Source of the DNA: Cyanobacteria bacterium J06626_4
GTDB taxonomy: Bacteria; Cyanobacteriota; Cyanobacteriia; Phormidesmidales; Phormidesmidaceae
Assembly (NCBI GenBank): GCA_038523235.1
Contig: JBCBJQ010000046.1
Coordinates: 1-43,246, forward strand
Direction of reading: 5' to 3'
Length of the DNA: 43,246 nucleotides
The position numbers and the translations under genes were made by a program. Below the pieces are notes generated by a model. The model was not told where the DNA came from and made no database searches. It saw only the letters and a list, made by a program, of their open reading frames with translations. Of the stretch, positions 39,336 through 43,246 are shown one piece after another. The number at the start of each line of letters is the position of its first letter. Positions within the stretch are counted from its first letter, which is position 1.

Positions 39336-39908
39336 ATGACTCAAGCCACCTCAAAAATCACCACGTTTGCCGACTATCTGACCTATGACGATGGCACCGA
39401 TAGACGCTATGAGCTGACCTACGGAGACTTGATCGAGGTGCCGCCAGAATCTGATGAGAATGTTTTAATCTCTCGTGCTTTAGATCGCGCCCTTTCAGAC
39501 ATTGTCGGATTCCGTCGCGTCAGAACGCATCAACTCGCGGTTGAAATGCTGGGCCAGCCGAAGAATCGCTTTCCTGACCTCACTGTATTGCGACCCGAGC
39601 ATATCGAGCAGTTGCAGTCCCGAGGCCAGTCTGCCATTACTTTAGACATGGCTCCGCCGCTGCTAGTGGTCGAAGTAGTCAGCCCTGGAGCTGAAAGCCA
39701 TCGCCGCGATTACTTTGATAAACGCAATCAGTACGAATGGCGGGGCATCTCAGAATATTGGATCGTCGATCCTCAAACCAGTTGCGTGACGGTGTTAGCC
39801 ATGGTCGAGGGCGTGTATGCAGAAGCCGTTTTCAATCAAGGCGACACGGTTATTTCACCGACCTTTCCCCAATGGCAACTGACCGTTGAAGAAATGCTGC
39901 GATCGTAA
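39336..39908 (+). CDS. Uma2 family putative endonuclease
   Basis: RYELTYG, RFPDLTV, LVVEVVSP, RDYFDKRNQY, EYWIVDP. Confidence 0.93.
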   Translation: MTQATSKITTFADYLTYDDGTDRRYELTYGDLIEVPPESDENVLISRALDRALSDIVGFRRVRTHQLAVEMLGQPKNRFPDLTVLRPEHIEQLQSRGQSAITLDMAPPLLVVEVVSPGAESHRRDYFDKRNQYEWRGISEYWIVDPQTSCVTVLAMVEGVYAEAVFNQGDTVISPTFPQWQLTVEEMLRS

Positions 39909-39924
39909 TTGCCTGTCGTTATCT

Positions 39925-40614
39925 TCATATCGGTTGTCGCAATCGATCTTGCGCCCAATTTTGCGGATTTGCCTGGATATAAATGCGGGCGTTGTCCAGC
40001 TCTGGTTGGTTGCGGATGATGTGATCGTGGTAATTGCGTTGCCAGACCGGGTTACCTGGGGAACGCCGCAGGCGGTTGATTTGCCGGGTGGAAACGGATT
40101 TGTAATTGCCGATAATTGCGCCAATTGAACCGGGCGGGGTGCCGTGGGGGCGATTGGTTTGTAGTTTGATCGATCGATGACGGAGGGGCGAGGCATTGTC
40201 GGAGATTTTTTCTTGCCCAAACCGAGGCGCATCAGGCGACAATGCCTTGCCCCTACCGGGTGTTGGGTGTTCACAAAACGCCTTGCCCCCACCGGATGTT
40301 GGCGGTGGCCCATCCGCATCATCGGCAACAGATATGTCGGGCAATTTGACGATTTCGATGATGGCGTGGATGTGGTTAGGCATCACCACAAACGCATCCA
40401 ACCGGATGTGGTTAAAATGCCGCGCTAACCGTTGCCAATGAGCCTGTGCCGCCTGCCCGGCATCATTCAACATCATGCAGCCGTCATCAATGTGGCCAAA
40501 CAGAGGCTGTCGCTGGTGGGTGCAAATCGTCACGAAATAATCACCGGGTGACGCGTAATCGTGATAACGGAGACGAGTTGAGCGCCTGCGATGAATGGTG
40601 GGATTGTAGGGCAC
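39925..40614 (-). mobile_element. REP-associated tyrosine transposase (RAYT, HUH/Y1 family)
   Basis: RRSTRLRYHDY, YFVTICT, VMPNHIHAI (HUH), WQRNYHDHIIR, YIQANP (catalytic Tyr). Confidence 0.9.
40181..40302. repeat. GTAG-type REP palindrome plus a duplicated half copy inside the RAYT ORF
   Basis: CGGAGGGGCGAGGCATTGTCG (40181-40201) is inverted to CGACAATGCCTTGCCCCTAC (40237-40256); 40241-40266 is repeated at 40277-40302. Confidence 0.8.
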
Positions 40615-40713
40615 AGCAGACCACCCTAATAGAATTTGTGCTTAAGGTTCCCTGATGGCCATTGCCAGCTGAGGAAACGTGGCGATCGCCGCCGCCCACG
40701 CTCCAAAATCTGC

Positions 40714-41499
40714 CTACCGCAACCCGACTGCCGTGAGGTGACTGGCAAGCCAAGCAGCGTCATCGGTAGATAATGCCGGAATCGGATCAGTGGTGTAGTC
40801 AATCACCAGGTCGTAGCCTGACTGGTCGTAAATCTCATCCAGCAGCGATTTCAAATTTATGATGGGTTCAGCATCCCCAGCGGCCAATGGTAATGAAAAA
40901 GCTGGCACTGCATCCTGCAGGTTGAAGGCATACACGCTGGCCTGGGGACGAAGCATGCTGGCACTCACCAAAATCCGGTAGTGGGTGGCGAATTCGTCTG
41001 AGAGTTTGACACAGGGTTGCCACTGTCGCAGCAGGTCAATCTCAACAAAGTTGGTGGTGCTGGCTAAAATCGTCTGGCGCTTCGCCAGATACGTCAGCCG
41101 TCCCTCGCCGGGACGTTTGTTGACGGGAGACAGTACTTCTAAAGCGGTAACGACTTCACTCGTGGCTACATCGCGAATCTCTAGATATCCTTGGCGGATC
41201 ACCGTTGGCATGGGCAGTTCGACCTCAATGGGTTGAGCAACGGCCACGCCACGGGTCGGGGACAGATCAGCCGGTTGGCTAGCATGCGCAGCTTTTTGTA
41301 CTGCCACATTGGGAATGCCCACGAGGACAGAATCTTGCTGAGCGGTTTGATATATCGCTTCTTCGACTACAACGCGATATTTGGGGCGCAGTTGGGAGCC
41401 GAGGGAGATGGCAATCGCGGTAATTAGCCGATGATGAAAGTTCGGCCAGAAACGGGGATGTTCTAGGTAGGGATCCATTCCGGGTAGCGGCGAGGACAT
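40714..41499 (-). CDS. DUF4058 family protein (PD-(D/E)XK-like)
   Basis: MSSPLPGMDPYLE, YLEIRD, EVLSPVNK, VEIDLLR, YDQSGYD. Confidence 0.9.
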   Translation of the reverse strand: MSSPLPGMDPYLEHPRFWPNFHHRLITAIAISLGSQLRPKYRVVVEEAIYQTAQQDSVLVGIPNVAVQKAAHASQPADLSPTRGVAVAQPIEVELPMPTVIRQGYLEIRDVATSEVVTALEVLSPVNKRPGEGRLTYLAKRQTILASTTNFVEIDLLRQWQPCVKLSDEFATHYRILVSASMLRPQASVYAFNLQDAVPAFSLPLAAGDAEPIINLKSLLDEIYDQSGYDLVIDYTTDPIPALSTDDAAWLASHLTAVGLR

Positions 41500-41590
41500 C
41501 TAGGTTCCTCAGGGATGGGTTGAGTTTATTCTAAGCAGCGATCACGGTAGTAGTTGCATGGCGATATCGATAGCAGTTACGAGGACATAT

Positions 41591-43246
41591 TTAATCTTGA
41601 GCGTCATGCACCTGAGATTCGTAAAGAATATCGAGTTCATAAAGCTCAGCAGAAATATTAGCTAACGCTTTCACCTGTTGCTTTGAAGGTGGCATTCTAT
41701 TGGCCATTTCTAATGCTTGGTCAAGCCAACCAACACTAAGCAAGATGCCGACATTCCCCTCGTCTCTTTGTGAAAATTCATTGACGTACTTTATGTCTGT
41801 AGGTAAGTCAAATTTGTTTTCCCAACGGTCATAGGTATTGATTAGGTCACTTATATCGGATGGTAGACTCTCTAAAAACTCAGCTGCCAAGTCAATCTGA
41901 TCGGCTTCGTCAAAGGCAACTGCAAGATTAATTCTTGCAACAATGCTTCTAAAAAGTCTTCCCTCATCTATATCCTCAGAAATCTCTAAACACAACAAAA
42001 GATCTCCCGGCTCCCTTGCACTACACCAACTTGCTTCTTCATAGCCGAATCTATTAATGAGTAACTGTTTACTTTCCAAAAAGACAACTTGAAATATTCT
42101 TTCAGCAGCATCATAATCTCCAGCTTTATTCAGATCATCGCCAACTCTAACCAATAAAAGGAGAACAACTAATCGATCTCCAGAAAAGTCAGGTGCCTCT
42201 TGAAGCTTACGTGTCGAATAAACTGCAGCATCTAGTTTTCCTTGTTCTAAAAATAAAGTTGTTAGATGATACCAAACATATTCCACCGCATTCCAGTTCG
42301 CATCATGCTGTCTTACGAATTGAATTTTATTTGCGACATTAATCGCTTTATCTACGTCGCCCAACTCGGCTAACCGAATTGCGAATTCAGCTTTTGACGA
42401 ATTTGTATCGAGAAGATCGTTAGTACCTTCCCAGTGTCCAGGCAAAAATCTTATAACCTCAGATACTGTATTGAGATCATCCAGTATGTCACGAACCAAA
42501 ACTCCCCTATCACCAGGCACCGAACTAGGAAAACCAACTGCACTAAAGCAGGTGCTGACATAGGCAACTGCTTCACTAGCTTCTTCAAGGGCATCAATTT
42601 CGGCAAAACTCCTTGCAATCTGCGCATAAACATCAGCACGAGCATTTGCACAGCTACCATTACTCATATATCCGTAAGGTAATTCTGGAACTAGCGCTAA
42701 TGCTTCGTTTAAAATTTCGCGCGCACGGTCGCTTTGTCCATTCTTTGCCACTGCCACTGCAATCGCAGCTAGAGCGCTGACTTTACCTGACGAAAAAGGT
42801 TCTCCATATCCTGTAATTGTAGATAGAACTACAGGCTGCTGTTCTGCAATACCCAATGCCATTTCAATTTGTCCGCTTTTTGCTAAAGCAATAGCGATAG
42901 CCAGCTGTTGTCCTGCCGTAAAGTTTTCATGTTCTAGAAGAGCTAAGGCATCATCAACAAACCCAAAACCTATCAAATATTCAGCAAACACAGCATTTTG
43001 CTCAAGGGTCAACTCTTCATTTTTGACAGCTTCAATCAAAGCATGTGGCGTATTGGCTTCATTATTACCTAGTTGAATATAGATCTTGATGAGATTGAGC
43101 TGCTGCTCTATATCGAGTGGACTAGAATTTAACTGTATTATTTTAGAGGTGAGCGTATCAGCCAGATCAAATTCTTCAAGTTCAATTGCTCTATCAACTA
43201 AAGTGACTAGATATTCAAACTCACCAGAATTCAAAGCTCGAGAAAG
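41591..43246 (-). CDS. TPR-like alpha-solenoid repeat protein (5' end outside window)
   Basis: Frame stays open to the window edge (LSRALNSGE...); Ala-rich helical repeats (ALAAIAVAVAKNGQSDRAREIL); AT-rich DNA. Confidence 0.75.
   Translation of the reverse strand, partial: LSRALNSGEFEYLVTLVDRAIELEEFDLADTLTSKIIQLNSSPLDIEQQLNLIKIYIQLGNNEANTPHALIEAVKNEELTLEQNAVFAEYLIGFGFVDDALALLEHENFTAGQQLAIAIALAKSGQIEMALGIAEQQPVVLSTITGYGEPFSSGKVSALAAIAVAVAKNGQSDRAREILNEALALVPELPYGYMSNGSCANARADVYAQIARSFAEIDALEEASEAVAYVSTCFSAVGFPSSVPGDRGVLVRDILDDLNTVSEVIRFLPGHWEGTNDLLDTNSSKAEFAIRLAELGDVDKAINVANKIQFVRQHDANWNAVEYVWYHLTTLFLEQGKLDAAVYSTRKLQEAPDFSGDRLVVLLLLVRVGDDLNKAGDYDAAERIFQVVFLESKQLLINRFGYEEASWCSAREPGDLLLCLEISEDIDEGRLFRSIVARINLAVAFDEADQIDLAAEFLESLPSDISDLINTYDRWENKFDLPTDIKYVNEFSQRDEGNVGILLSVGWLDQALEMANRMPPSKQQVKALANISAELYELDILYESQVHDAQD

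Noticed and set aside
39925..40614. IS200/IS605 TnpA insertion sequence
   Set aside because: No tnpB or IS-end hairpins were seen; the motifs (YFVTICT, MPNHIH, WQRNYHDHIIR) and the REP association fit a RAYT.
2160..41499. Frequent GCGATCGC palindromes as a novel repeat
   Set aside because: This is the well-known cyanobacterial HIP1 sequence.

Overview
This is a chromosomal window from a cyanobacterium, probably filamentous: HIP1 (GCGATCGC) is abundant, and there is an HpsE-like glycosyltransferase, a sufR<>ftrC-sufBCDS locus and a Uma2 gene. Left part: two GT2 glycosyltransferases (the first cut by the window edge and missed by the ORF track), an exported hypothetical protein, thyX, two tandem paralogous sulfotransferases preceded by an unannotated 49-codon ORF, a membrane protein, an NCS2 permease, a TPR/DUF4870-like protein, a YojI/PvdE-type peptide exporter, msrA and a repeat-containing coiled-coil protein. 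Middle part: a GT-C-like membrane protein, a stand-alone class III nucleotide cyclase, aroE, tag, a kinase/receiver/REC-GGDEF signalling cluster, a lipoprotein, a thioredoxin-like PSI accumulation factor, a c-heme/HAMP sensor with no catalytic output, trhO, an HDAC-family protein and a matrixin-CAP-RTX exoprotein. Right part: the suf locus with three perfect SufR boxes and a retropepsin-like protease gene between sufB and sufC, then an accessory tail (Uma2, a RAYT transposase with REP palindromes inside its own ORF, DUF4058, an AT-rich TPR-like gene). No rRNA, tRNA or CRISPR array was seen. The best candidates for something undescribed are the small ORF plus twin sulfotransferases, the protease inside the suf operon and the output-less heme sensor. 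All three are inferences. Family calls are by motif recognition, not database search.
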